Positions 1 through 12,950 of a stretch of DNA of 64,000 bases are shown here, piece after piece. Numbering within the stretch: position 1 is the stretch's first letter; every line of letters starts with the position of its first letter. This DNA is from Heptranchias perlo (taxonomy: Eukaryota): assembly GCF_035084215.1 (NCBI RefSeq), contig NC_090327.1, forward strand, positions 103,726,001 to 103,790,000, read 5' to 3'. The position numbers and the translations under genes were made by a program. The notes under the pieces are model-generated. The model was not told the origin of the DNA. It saw only the letters and a program-made list of their open reading frames with translations, and made no database searches.

Positions 1-1273
1 GACTAATTTATTAGAGTTCTTTGAGGAAGTAACAAGCAACATGGATAAAGGGGATCCTGTGGATGTGGTGCACTTGGATTTCCAGAAGGCTTTTGACAAA
101 GTGCCACATCAAAGGCTACTACACAAAATAAGAGCTCATGGTGCAGGGGGTAACATATTAGGATTTATAAAGGATTGGTTAGCTAACAGGAAACAGAGAG
201 TAGGCATAAATGGGTCATTTTCAGGTTGGCAAGATGTAATAAGTGGAGTGCCACAGGGATCAGTGCTTGGGCCTCAACTATTTACAATCTATATCAATGA
301 CTTGGATGAAGGGACTGAATGTATGGTTGCTAAATTTGCTGATGACATAAAGGTAGGTAGGAAAGTAAGTTGTGAAGAGGGCATGTGGAGTCTGCAAAGG
401 GATATAGAGAGGTTAAGTGGGTGGGAAAAAAATTGGCAGATTGAGTATAATGTGGGAAAATATGACCTTGTCCACTTTGGCAGGAGGAATAGAAAAGCAG
501 TATATTATTTAAATGTAGAGAGATTGCAGAACTCTGAGGTACAGAGGGATCTGGGTGTCCTAGTACATGAATCACAAAAAGTTAGTATGCAGGTACAGCA
601 AGTGATTAGGAAGGCAAATGGAATATTGTCATTTATTGCAAGGGGAATGGAATATAATAGTGGAGATGTTTTGCTGCAGTTATACAGGGCATTGGTGAGA
701 CCACATCTAGAATACTGTGTGCAGTTTTGGTCTCCTTCTTTAAGAAAGGACATAATTGATTTGCAGGCGGTTCAGAGACGGTTCACTCGACTGATTCCTG
801 CGATGAGGGGGTTATCTTATGAGGAAAGGTTGGACAAGTTGGGCCTGTATACACTGGAGTTTAGAAGAATGAGAGGTGATGTTATTGAAATATAGAAAAT
901 CCTGATGGGACTTGAAGGGGTAGATGCTGAGAGGATATTTCCCCTTGTGGGAGAGACTAGAACTAGGGGCCACAGTTTAAAAATAAGGGGTCTCCCATTT
1001 AAGACGGAGATGAGAAGAATTTTTTTCTCTCAGAGGGTCGTGAGTCTGTGGAACTCCCTTCCCCAGAGAGCAGTGGAGGCAGGGTCATTGAATATTTTTC
1101 AGGCTGAGTTGATAGATTCCTGATTAACAAGGGAGTCAAAGGTTATAGTAGGTAGATGGGAAAGTAGGGTTGAGGTCACAATCAGATCAGCCATGATCTT
1201 ATCAAATGGCAGTGCAGGCTCGAGGGGCTGAATGGCCTACTCCTGCTCTTAATTCGTATGTTCGGATGTTCGT
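1..1273 (+). mobile_element. CR1 (HER1-like) LINE, 3' part of ORF2 (RT domain) and 3' UTR, decayed, cut by the window edge
   Basis: ORF 41-895 has CR1 RT motifs [27 protein letters not shown] and RPHLEYCVQFWSP. Premature stop at 893-895. Ends in a ttcgtatg-type tandem tail. Confidence 0.93.
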
Positions 1274-1585
1274 AAACTGTTTTCACTGGCAGGAGGGTCA
1301 GTAACCAGAGGACACAGATTTAAGATATATTCAAAAAATCCCGGGGGGGGGGGGGGGGGGAAGAGATGAGAATGTCTTTTTTATGCAGCAAGTTGTTATA
1401 ATCTGGAATGCATTACCTGAAAATGTGGTGGAAGCAGATTTAATAGTAACCTTCAAAAGGGAATTGGATAAATACTTGAAAAGGAGAAATTTGCAGGACT
1501 ACAGGGAACGCGCAGGGGAATGGGACTAATTGGGCAGCTCTTTCAAAGAGCCGGCACAGACACGATGGGCTGTATGATTCTATAA
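1274..1585 (+). mobile_element. CR1 LINE 3'-end fragment of a second family
   Basis: accagaggacacagattt...gttataatctggaatgc...gatgggctgtatgattcta resembles the TRGH/RVV-W coding end and gattcta tail of the other CR1 copies here. Confidence 0.7.
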
Positions 1586-2965
1586 TTGCACCCACTATGG
1601 CCTGAACAACGACATGAGTACCTTTGTATGTCCTCCTGGTAATTTCAGTTTGTTTCCTTTTCTACTGTGTTTTTGGAAGAACATAGCTGATAACAGAGAG
1701 ACAAACCACCATAGGAATAGGTATAGGTCCCCTCAGAAGCTTGGTCCTTTTACCCTTTTTGAGTGAGGGACCAGGGAATGGTCCCACTCAGGTTGTGTAC
1801 TAAACATCTCCTGTTCTGTTCTCTGCATCTTATTTATTAACACGCTGGCACCAAAACATAGACAGAAGCGCAAACTGCACAAGAGTTCCAAAAACCTACT
1901 CAAAGAAACATCCGCAACTCTTAGCCTGTCCCTTGAAATAAATTTGTATCCAAAGATTCAGTCTAGCAACCAAGTCACCCAATTTACTGGTCACTCAATT
2001 TATACGGTCAATTTAAGAAGCTGTGTACTTCAGGGGTAAAGCAAGACCCAGATGACATCATGTTCACCACATTATCCTATTGTAATGAACATCCTGCCTG
2101 TTTCTTACAAGGCAGACGTCACTTTGTGAGGCGGGGGGGGGGGGGGCGGTGGAAGGAGGGGAGGGGCAGTGGTGGGGACTCAAAGCCGGGAGATCCTTCT
2201 TGCCTGGTTCAGTTGTGGTGCTGGAACATTTCTGCGCTGTTCAAAATACCCAATGGAAATGCGCTTGGTGTGTATCATAGGTGGAAGTCGAGCGAAATTG
2301 ATCTCCAGCTACTCCTCGCTTTGTTATGCCTGAAATTCATTCATTATGGGATGTGATGGAGCCTAAAATCTGGGCAACTGTGTCTCAATGAACCTGAAGG
2401 CATTTTGAGCAAATCCAGTCAAATATCCCAGAATTGTCTGTACAATAATGATCACCGAACTGGATCATATGATACAAGTCAGTAAATCTGCCTGGCTGGA
2501 TATCTACGATAGAGACAGATTACAAGTGGCGAATACAACGGTATTCAGCTAGTGACCTTTCCACTCAAAGCAGAGGTACAAACAGGTAATGGTTTATGAA
2601 GGGCAAGTACTGAGGTGAATATTGCTCCTATTCAGTAACGCACACACCTGTGTTATCTTAATACTGCGAACATTCCACTATGTACCTAGCAAAGAGCCAT
2701 CAGAGTGGTCTGCTTCTATGCTGTAACAGTCCCTGGTGCTATGTCAGCACTTATTGTTTTGCCTCAATTCGATATGACGTGGAATGTTACCAGACGATGT
2801 GACAGTGCAGTACTGAGGATTCAGGCCAGGGAATAAAAACTGAGCAATCTCCGTACACAGGGGGGCTGAGGGAGATGTATCCACAATGGTGCTTATGCCT
2901 ATTTGCCCCATGCAAATTAGATACTCTCCCACTGACTCTGCGAACTCCTGCAGGGTCAGCCTGGA

Positions 2966-3405
2966 GTGTCAGCCATGGCTCAGTGGTAGCGTTCTCGCCT
3001 CTGAGTCAGAAAGTTGCGGATTCAATTCCTGCTCAAGAGACTTGAGCACAAAATCTATGCTGACACTCCAGTGCAGTACCAGAGGTGCCATCCTTCAGAT
3101 GATATTTCTGCACTCTCAGGTGGATGTAAAAGATCCCATGGCACTATTTCGAAGAAGAGCAGGGGAGTTCTCCCTGGTGTCCTGGCCAATAATTAGTCCT
3201 CAACCAACATCATTAAAACAGATTATCTGGTCATTATCACATTGCTGTTTGTGGGACCTTGCTGTGCACAAATTGGATGCTGCATTTCCTCTATTACAAC
3301 AGTGACTACACTTCAAACGTACTTCATTGGCTGTAAAGCACTTTGGGACAGCGTGAGGTTGTGAAGGTGCTATATCAGTGCAAGTTCTTTATTTCTTCCT
3401 TCTTT
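2966..3405 (+). mobile_element. tRNA-derived DeuSINE (SacSINE1-like)
   Basis: A-box TGGCTCAGTGG and B-box-like GGATTCAATTCC. Deu-like core ggcactatttcgaagaagagcaggggagttctccc...cagattatctggtcattatcacattgctgtttgtggg. TTTC-type tail. Homologous inverted copy at 45755-46206. Confidence 0.8.
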
Positions 3406-3444
3406 CACTGGAGGGCACAGGCGGTCGTGTGAAGATCACAACGG

Positions 3445-4657
3445 GGAACCAGCGGATGTAATATATTTGGATTTTCAATAGGCATTCGATAAGGTGCCAC
3501 ACAAAAGGTTGTCACACAAGGTAAGGGCTCATGGGGTTGGGGGTAATATATTAGCATGGATAGAGGATTGGTTAATGGACTGAAAACAGAGAGTAGGAAT
3601 AAACGGGTCATTTTCAGTTTGGCAGGCTGTAACTAGTGGGCTACTACAAGGATCGGTGCTTGGGCCTCAGCCATTTACAAGCTATATTAATGACTTAGAT
3701 GAAGGGACTGAGTGTAATGTATCCAAGTTTGCAGACGATACAAAGGTAGGTAGGAAAGTAAGCTGTGAGGAGCATACAGAATCTGCAAAGGGATATAGAT
3801 AGGTTAAGTGAATGGGCAAGAAGGTGGCAGATGGAATATAATGTGGGGAAATGTGAGGTTATTCACTTTGGTAGGAAGAATAGAAAAACAGAATATTTTT
3901 TAAATGGTGAGAAACTATTAAATGTTGGTATTCAGTGGAATTTGGGTGTCCTTATACACGAAATACAGAAAGTTAACATGCAGGTACAACAAGCAATTAG
4001 GAATGGCAAATGGTATGTTGACCTTTATTGCAAGGGGTTTGGAGTGCAAGAGTAAGGAAGACTTGCTGGAATTTTACAGGGCTTTGGTGAAACCACACCT
4101 GGTGTACTACGTACAGTTTTGGTCTCCTTACCTAAGAAAGGATATACTTGCCTTAGAGGGGGAGCAACAAAGGTTCACTAGATTGGTTCCTGGGATGAGA
4201 GAGTTGTCCTAAGAGGAGAGATTGAGTAGAATGGGCCTAAACTCTCTGGAGTTTAGCAGAATGAGAGGTGATCTCATTGAAACATATAAGATTCTGAGAG
4301 GGCTTGACAGGGTAAAAGCTGAGAGGCTGTTTCCCCTGACTGGAGAGTCTAGAACTAGGGGGGCATAGTCTCAGGATAAGGAGTCGGCCATTTAGGACTG
4401 AGATGAGAAGAAATTTCTTCACTCAGATGGTTGTGAATCTTTGGAATTCTCTACCCCAGAGGGCATGGATGCTCAGTCGTTGAGTATATTCAAGACCGAG
4501 ATCGATAGATTTTTGGATTCTAGGGGAATCAAGGGATATGGGGATCAGGCGAGAAAGTGGAGTTGTGGGAGAAGATCAGCCATGATCTTATTGAATGGTG
4601 GAGCAGGCCCGAGGGGCCGAATGGCCTACTCCTGCTCCTATTTCTTATATTCTTACA
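3445..4657 (+). mobile_element. CR1 LINE, 5'-truncated RT and 3' UTR, frameshifted
   Basis: ORFs 3765-4055 and 3922-4212 (WQMEYNVGKCEVIHFG; KPHLVYYVQFWSP). Typical 3' UTR ...ggccgaatggcctactcctgctcctatttcttat. Confidence 0.92.
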
Positions 4658-5814
4658 TCCCAAGGATTTTGGGAGCCAATGAATTCAAAGACCATTTTTC
4701 TGTTAGCTATTATTTTAAGACAGGCTTTATCCTGGTTGTTTTAAATGGGTTATTCCTCCATCACTAGTTCGAACAGATTAACGTCATACTGATGTGCTCT
4801 GTTTCTGTCCCCTCATGTCATATAGCTGGCATTTCTAGCTTTAGGTCTTTTAATTAATTTTTTCCATGTTATTAAGTGAAAAAATCAAAGCAGAATTTGC
4901 ACATAGCAAGGGAAGGGATGTCAGTGATGGAAAATGAAATACTTTCTTGGCTTGCACCCGGCCTCAAACACTGACCAGGACTGGTACGACACAGGTCAAA
5001 TTTAAAGAAAAGGAACAATTTTCTTAACGTTTGCTTCCATTGCAGAGCTCACCTTCCAGGAGTGCACATTAGGAAATTCCGTGCAAGACTTCCGACAATT
5101 TTCCAGGAGGTGGAAAGTCCTGGAGAGCTCACCCGTAGGCTGGATTTCCGTAGCACTTCCGGTGATAGAGCGGGAGCAGGTGGTGAAGCGGGAGCTGCCC
5201 TGAAGTCATTCCTGGCCATAATTTGCCAATATACACTCTTGGGTGGCAAGGCTGAGCTGGGAGTGCGATTCATTAAACAGACCCTTAACGCTTCCTCCCG
5301 TGTGCTCATTAAACCAAACTCAGAAAGTCACCCTGTAATGAACCAATGTAACATTGCCGCCTGCCCCCGCCACACCAGCCATCCTGCGGCCTCTCCAACT
5401 GACATTGCCAATTTAGTCCAAGTTAGTACCAGACTATGGCAGTTTTGTGCTTTGGGCCATGCCCACCAGCAACTTGTTTGAGACTGTCCGAACTTATTTC
5501 AGTTAGTTGAGAAGGACATCAAAAGCAGGTTATAGACTGTCAGTCATAGAATTACTTGAAAAGAGAATAAAAGAAAAAAAGAGCAAAAAAAAGTAAAAGG
5601 GATAAAAAGATAAAACTCAACTTATTATTAGGCATTAAAATAAACACTAACACATAAAATAGGCAAAAGCAACAGAAATCATAACATTCGTAATTTTGCA
5701 GAAACTCTCCCTCACAATATTAACAAAACCAATCATCAGAAAGTACTCCATTCTCATGTGGCAAAGAAAAACTATATAATTAGTCCCATAAGACAACAAA
5801 CGAGAAAGAGAATG

Positions 5815-6004
5815 AAACTGCAAATCTGAAATAAAACAGAAAACGCTGCAACTTAGCACGTCTATGAAGAGAAAAGGCAGGTTAGTATTATGGGTGGAGA
5901 TATTCTGTTCTGATGAAGGGTCCACACCCAAAATATTAACCTGTCTTTTCTCTTTACAGATGCTGATGGACTCGCTGTGTTTTCCAGCATTTTCCATTTT
6001 TATT
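5815..6004. mobile_element. Short palindromic Penelope-pLTR-derived non-autonomous element with a decayed hammerhead motif
   Basis: Inverted arms 5872-5896 and 5925-5949 (3 mismatches in 25) plus outer inverted similarity. CTGATGA-A-GGGT-ccac-ACCC-aAAA at 5910-5933. Confidence 0.65.
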
Positions 6005-7705
6005 AAATGAGAGGAAAGCAGTAGTCAGCTGCCCAAGCAGAGACACTGTGTTCTCATAAAGCCAAACCTTGGATGAAGATTTCCCCTGTGTGTTATGTAC
6101 ATCAACATTGGAAACCCATTTATAAAGAACAGGTTTATAATTTCATTACACAAAGTGCACAGATGAAATCTCTGTCCATGTATTTGTGTCACAAGGCTCC
6201 ACCTTCTCCAATTCTATTATCCATGAAAATATGATGGTTACAATTTTGATTTAACAATTTCCCAGATGTTCCTCGTGGTCAACACAAAGAAATGCTCCTG
6301 TAAGCTTGCCAGTATAAAGTGTGATCTTATACGTACAATATCTGGAACTGTAACAATGCCCGGAGGATGAACTGTAATTTACTCACTGGAATTGACACAA
6401 GCCCTCTTGTGTTCTACTAGTTTTGAGAGAGCAGTAGATCATGTGTTTTTGACCATAAACCACAGCTCAGTCCAGATCCGTGGAGCCTTTGCATGCACAT
6501 CTATTCATGAACTGTGGCATAGTGGAACAGGAAGAACTGAAGAATGAGCAGAAAGCTGCTAGTTTGGGCATGGTGCCCTCAATTAACCCCTATCCTGAAA
6601 GACATTCTGTAGGACATCCCCCCGCCTCCTCCCTCCACCCCCCACCCCACCATCATAAGGACTTAGTTACTTGAGTTCAAGTTTCCTAGACATATTTCAT
6701 TCAACAAACAAGAACTCCAAGGTCAGCTGGTTGGTTTTTACACAGAACAAAATCAGCTCCAACAGCCTCCAGGCCTGTAACATTCTGCCACATGTTTGAG
6801 ATGACAGAGTAACCAATCAAAACAGATGAGGTGACCGATCCCCTATGGCAATTCCAGCTCGAGTCTCTCTCAACCTAAATGAACCGAGTCTGCGGTAAGC
6901 AAACTTAGTGGTGGCACAGAACTTCATGCAATTGAAGGCCAGAGTGCCTGATTCACAGCCCCCAGGATGATAAGCTAAAATTATGCAGACCACAAATCAG
7001 GCACACTAATCTCAGTGCATGAATTACTGACAGGTAAGCCTAAAGCTCTGTATTGTAAAATTTACCCCATAGTCTTTATGATTTGATATATGACAGATGC
7101 ACCAAATCTCCCGATCTGCCATATTTATTTAAAGGGGCCATTATTATAATCCCCCATCCAACACCTGCATTCTGTTGGTAACAAACATCTCAAATTCTCC
7201 AGAACTTGAACTCTTTCACTGGCCTTAAATGTTGAGTCCAAGATTATTGTCCAGTAATAAAATTCCCACCAGTGACAGTTAAACCATTAGAACCAGATCA
7301 TAATGATTACTTCTCACGATCCAAGTCACCTCTAGCTCACACATGGAAGGTTAAAAGGGATTCTACGCTCCTGTATAAAGGCTTTATGAGCTTCAACAGT
7401 TGAGTAACATGTAGGTTATGCTATCCCACTACTTTACACAGACTCTTGCTCTTCAGTTTCTTCATTGGATGGAGTTAGGGTACATCCATGGAACAGGCAG
7501 AAGCCCTGCTCTGCTCTAGAACTGCCGCCAAAAGAGGCCCCCAACCCAATGGAATTTCTGGGCTGGTGCCTTCAGAAATGACAAAAAGATATAAGCTGTC
7601 AAATATCAGAAAATACTGGTGTGCTAAAATATTAAGAGGTGCATTACAAGCTATAAAAACCCGAAGCCATTGTCTAAATAACACCAAGTACAGGCAGCCA
7701 GGTAC

Positions 7706-10700
7706 TGCGGTCATCTCCCTCCAAAACAGGTATACCGTTTTGGATACTGCTGGGGGAGATGGCTCACCAGGGGAAGGTGACAGCGGCCAGGTTCATGGCA
7801 CCGTGGCTGGCTCTGCTGCACAGGAGGGCAGGAAAAAAGAGTGGCAGAGCTATAGTGATAGGGGACTCGATTGTAAGGGGAATAGACAGGCGTTTCTGCG
7901 GACGCAACCGAGACTCCAGGATGGTATGTTGCCTCCCTGGTGCAAGGGTCAAGGATGTCTCGGAGCGGCTGCAGGACATTCTGGAGGGGGAGGGTGAACA
8001 GCCAGTTGTCGTGGTGCATATAGGCACCAACGATATAGGTAAAAAACAGGATGAGGTCCTACAAGCTGAATTTAGGAAGTTAGGAGTTAAACTAAAAAGT
8101 AGGACCTCAAAGGTAGTAATCTCAGGATTGCTACCAGTGCCACGGGCTAGTCAGAGTAGGAATGACAGGATAGCTAGGATGAATACGTGGCTTGAGAGAT
8201 GGTGCAAGAGGGAGGGATTGTATAAATTGGACAGTCTACATCTGGGCAGGACTGGAACCAATGTCCTAGGGGGAGTGTTTGCTAGTGCTGTTGGGGAGGG
8301 TTTAAACTAATGTGGCAGGGGGATGGGAACCGATGCAGGAAGTCAGTGGGAAGTAAAGTGGTGACAGAAACAAAAGGCAGTAAGGGAGAGTGTACAAAAC
8401 ATGACCGGACAGATGGTCTGAGAAAGCAGGGCAAAGACCAAGGGAAGTCTAGATTAAACTGCATTTATTTCAATGCAAGAAGTCTGATGGGCAAGGCAGA
8501 TGAACTCAGGGCATGGATGGGTACATGGGACTGGGATGTTATAGCTATTACTGAAACATGGCTAAGGGAGGGGCAGGACTGGCAGCTCAATGTTCCAGGG
8601 TACAGATGCTATAGGAAAGATAGAGCAGGAGGTAAGAGAGGAGGGGGAGTTGCGTTCTTGATTAGGGAGAACATCACAGCAGTAGTGAGAGGGGATATAT
8701 CCGAGGGTTCGCCCACTGAGTCTATATGGGTAGAACTGAAAAATAAGAAGGGAGAGATCACTTTGATAGGATTGTACGACAGACCCCCAAATAGTCAACG
8801 AGAAATTGAGGAGCCAATATGTAAGGAGATGACAGACAGCTGCAAGAAAAATAAGGTGGTAATAGTAGGGGACTTTAACTTTCCCAACATTGACTGGGAC
8901 AGCCATAGCATTAGGGGCTTGGATGGAGAGAAATTTGTTGAGTGTATTCAGGAGGAATTTCTCATTCAGTATGTGGATGGCCCGACTAGAGAGGGGGCAA
9001 AACTTGACCTCCTCTTGGGAAATAAGGAAGGGCAGGTGACAGAAGTGTTAGTGAGGGATCACTTTGGGACCAGTGATCATAATTCCATTAGTTTTAAGAT
9101 AGCTATGGAGAATGATAGGTCTGGCCCAAAAGTTAAAATTCTAAATTGGGGAAAGGCCAATTTTGATGGTATTAGACAGGAACTTTCAGAAGTTGATTGG
9201 GAGAGTCTGTTGGCAGGCAAAGGGACGTCTGGTAAGTGGGAGGCTTTCAAAAGTGTGTTAAATTAGGTTCAGGGTAAGCACATTCCTTATAAAGTGAAGG
9301 GCAAGGCTGGTAGAAGTAGGGAACCTTGGATGACTCGGGGGATTGAGGCCCTAGTCAAAAAGAAGAAGGAGGCATATAACATTAATAGGCAGCTGGGATC
9401 AAGTGGATCCCTTGAAGAGTATAGAGATTGCCGGAGTAGAGTTAAGAGAGAAATCAGGAGGGCAAAAAGGGGACATGAGATTGCTTTGCCAGATAAGGCA
9501 AAGGAGAATCCAAAGAGCTTCTACAAATACATAAAGGGCAAAAGAGTAAGAGAGAGTAGGGTCTCTTAAGGATCAACAAGGTCATCTATGTGCAGAACCA
9601 CAAGAGATGGGTGAGATCCTAAATGAATATTTCACATCGGTATTTACGGTTGAGAAAGGCATGGATGTTAGGGAACTTGGGGAAATAAATAGTGATGTCT
9701 TGAGGAGTGTACATATTACAGAGAGGGAGGTGCTGGAAGTCTTAACGCGCATCAAGGTAGATAAATCTCCAGGACCTGATGAAATGTATCCCAGGACGTT
9801 ATGGGAGGTTAGGGAGAAAATTGCGGGTCCCCTCGCAGAGATATTTGAATCATCGACAGCTACAGGTGAGGTGCCTGAAGATTGGAGGGTAGCAAATGTT
9901 GTGCCTTTGTTTAAGAAGGGCGGCAGGGAAAAGCCTGGGAACTACAGACCGGTGAGCCTGACATCTGTAGTGGATAAGTTGTTAGAGGGTATTCTGAGAG
10001 ACAGGATCGACAGGCATTTGGAGAGGCAGGGACTGATTAGGAACAGTCAGCATGGTTTTGTGAGAGGAAAATCATGTCTCACGAATTTGATTGAGTTTTT
10101 TGAAGGGGTAACCAAGATGATAGATGAGGGCTGTGCAGTAGACGTGGTCTACATGGACTTTAGCAAAGCCTTTGACAAGGTACCGCATGGTAGGTTGTTA
10201 CATAAGGTTAAATCTCACGGGATCCAAGGTGAGGTAGCCAATTGGATACAAAATTGGCTTGACGACAGAAGACAGAGGGTGGTTGTAGAGTGTTGTTTTT
10301 TGGACTGGAGGCCTGTGACCAGCGGTGTGCCTCAGGGATCGGTGCTGGGTCCGCTGTTATTTGTTATTTATATTAATGATTTGGATGAGAATTTAGGAGG
10401 CATGGTTAGTAAGTTTGCAGATGACACCAAGATTGGTGGCATTGTGGACAGTGAAGAAGGTTATCTAGGATTGCAACGGGATCTTGATAAATTGGGCCAG
10501 TGGGCCGATGAATGGCAGATGGAGTTTAATTTAGATAAATGTGAGGTGATGCATTTTGGTAGATCGAATCGGGCCAGGACCTACTCCGTTAATGGTAGGG
10601 CGTTGGGGAGAGTTATAGAACAAAGAGATCTAGGAGTACAGGTTCATAGCTCCTTGAAAGTGGAGTCACAGGTGGATAGGGTGGTGAAGAAGGCATTCGG

Positions 10701-11330
10701 CATGCTTGGTTTCATTGGTCAGAACATTGAATACAGGAGTTGGGATGTCTTGTTGAAGTTGTACAAGACATTAGTAAGGCCACACTTGGAATACTGTGTA
10801 CAGTTCTGGTCACCCTATTATAGAAAGGATATTATTAAACTAGAAAGAGTGCAGAAAAGATTTACTAGGATGCTACCGGGACTTGATGGTTTGACTTATA
10901 GGGAGAGGTTGGATAGACTGAGACTTTTTTCCCTGGAGAGTAGGAGGTTAAGGGATGATCTTATAGAAGTCTATAAAATAATGAGGGGCATAGATAAGGT
11001 AGATGGTCAAAATCTTTTCCCAAAGGTAGGGGAGTCTATAATGAGGGGGCATAGATTTAAGGTGAGAGGGGAGAGATACAAAAGGGTCCAGAGGGGCAAT
11101 TTTTTCACTCAAAGGGTGGTGAGTGTCTGGAACGAGCTGCCAGAGGCAGTAGAAGAGGCGGATACAATTTTGTCTTTTAAAAAGCATTTGGACAGTTACA
11201 TGGGTAAGATGGGTATCGAGGGATATGGGCCAAGTGCAGGCAATTGGGACTAGCTTAGTGGTATAAACTGGGCGACATGGACATGTTGGGCTGAAGGGCC
11301 TGTTTCCATGTTGTAAACTTCGATGATTCT
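7706..11330 (+). mobile_element. Long CR1 LINE (partial ORF1 with SGNH-esterase-like domain; ORF2 APE endonuclease + RT), inactive
   Basis: ORF1 motifs IVIGDSIVRG and VHIGTND. ORF2 APE motifs YFNARS, ITETW, GDFNFP and SDH; RT 9607-11253 (FADD). Stop at 9264-9266; frameshifts near 7835 and 9550. Candidate TSD aggtac at 7700-7705 and 11331-11336. Confidence 0.95.
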
Positions 11331-11359
11331 AGGTACCACTAATGAGAACTAAAGTAAAA

Positions 11360-11565
11360 TACTGCGGAAGCTGGAAATCTAAAATAAAAACAGAAAATGC
11401 ACGAAATTCATTCTGCAAGCGTGACTCTGAGCTTCTGGTCGCTTGCCACTTTAATTCTCCATCCCACTCCTACTCTGACCTCTCTGTCCTTGGCCTCCCA
11501 CACTGTTCCTCAACACAAGCTCGAGCATCAGCATCTTATCTTTCCACTAGGCACTTTACAGCCAG
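11360..11565 (+). mobile_element. Fragment of a second Penelope-like family (inverted pLTR piece + GIY-YIG C-terminus)
   Basis: Translations VACHFNSPSHSYSDLSVLGLPHC and KLEHQHLIFPLGTLQP resemble PLE endonuclease C-termini. Preceded by gctggaaatctaaaataaaaacagaaaatgc, which is also seen at 5819-5847. Confidence 0.65.
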
Positions 11566-12758
11566 ATTTCCATGGCTTCTCATAGTTTCTGCTGCAGTTC
11601 CTATTGAGTGGGGAACAATCAGTTTGGCTGCATCAAAATTCCATGGGCTGTGAAAGCTGACTGGATAACAGCCTTATTTTTTGAACCTTCTCTATGTTCA
11701 GCAAGTCACACGTGCAGAGAGCAGCCAGTCTCACTGACATAGATTTTTCCGCACTAATAAAAGATGGAATAAATGTTACTAGGAGCCACATCTTTCGCAC
11801 TGATCAGGTGCCAGCGACATTTTGTCTTAATTTCCTTTAACCTATTATAAGGCCTCAGAGGAGAGCTGATGTGAGTTCCAGTGAGGCCTTTGGAAAGGCA
11901 GCAGGCCTTGCTCAGACAGCTAATTGATCTTGGAGGGGATTGATTACCTAGACCTTGCTCAAACTTGGGTAATTGCACCTGGAGGGGATCGATTACCTTA
12001 TTTTTTTAAAATGGTGTATGACTTCCTTCACAGCTGAAGAATTTTCTCCCTGTTTTTTTTTCCTTCAGCCCAGAAAAGATCCAGAAATGCACAACTTGAG
12101 TAGCAGTGACTGAGCTACAAAAATAACTTTTGAAAGACTGCTGAAAGATTGTCTTTCTTCACCAAGCAATGTCGACGTGCACACTGCTGCATGAAATGTT
12201 CCATTCTTTAAATGGTGATTTTGGCATCACAAAGCAATCTAACCATAACATCATCTTGCTAGCCTGTGCATTTTACAATGCTCTACAAACATGAATCAAA
12301 TAAGAATTTACTGCCATGACTCAAGTTGGGACAGATGTGAGTGATTATGTGACAGTATAATATTTCACTCCTTCCCCCCACGCCATGTTTTAGTAATTTT
12401 TTTTCACCCTTACTTCATTTCTCCCATGATAAACACCACTCCCTACCTGAGTGGTTGAATACATAACCTGACTCTCCGACCTTAACGATTGCGGCTGTGT
12501 TAATACTGCCAAGAGGTGGAGGAAAGCAGTCCGTGATGATTTGTCAGCTGATTTACACCATCCTCCCATGAGGAAATTCGAAGCCTTCACTTGGCACCTT
12601 GCCTTGATGGCCTTGCCAAATTGCAGGAAATGCACAGTTGAGAATTACGAGTGTAAATCTGTGTGCTGTGATTAGACATAGGCCCCATGCTCTGATGGTT
12701 ACCACCACACCGAGCGCCACATTGAATAATGACAGCAATGCTATTTTACAAATAGTGA

Positions 12759-12950
12759 GGGGTGATTCCCTGATCTAACGTTCCCAGTGGGGAATGGCGC
12801 TCACAGGGGGAGCACTTCAGAACATTCTGGGTGTGCAGACATGATCTTTCGTCCATTACAATAGGCAGAAAATTATGGGCTGCATGCCTGCGATTTCCCA
12901 AGATGTGCTCCCCATGCCTCACTGGGAGCACTGGGGAACCAAATTTCCCC
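12759..12950. mobile_element. Possible MITE (Harbinger-like termini), degenerate
   Basis: Begins ggggtgatt...gttcccagtgggg and ends cctcactgggagc...aaatttcccc, forming imperfect inverted termini. Confidence 0.35.

Noticed and set aside
1343-1360. Long poly-G runs (also about 2133, 44517 and 47750) as G-quadruplex elements
   Set aside because: These are simple homopolymers, partly inside decayed repeats, and their lengths are prone to sequencing error.
2966-3035. tRNA gene
   Set aside because: The A/B boxes continue straight into a SINE body present in other copies, so this is a SINE head.
5049-5481. Overlapping 86- and 139-aa ORFs as genes
   Set aside because: No recognisable domain. The GC-rich block looks like a non-autonomous DNA-transposon remnant.
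9607-11253. Active or domesticated reverse transcriptase gene
   Set aside because: It is the downstream part of a CR1 ORF2 with an upstream stop and frameshifts.
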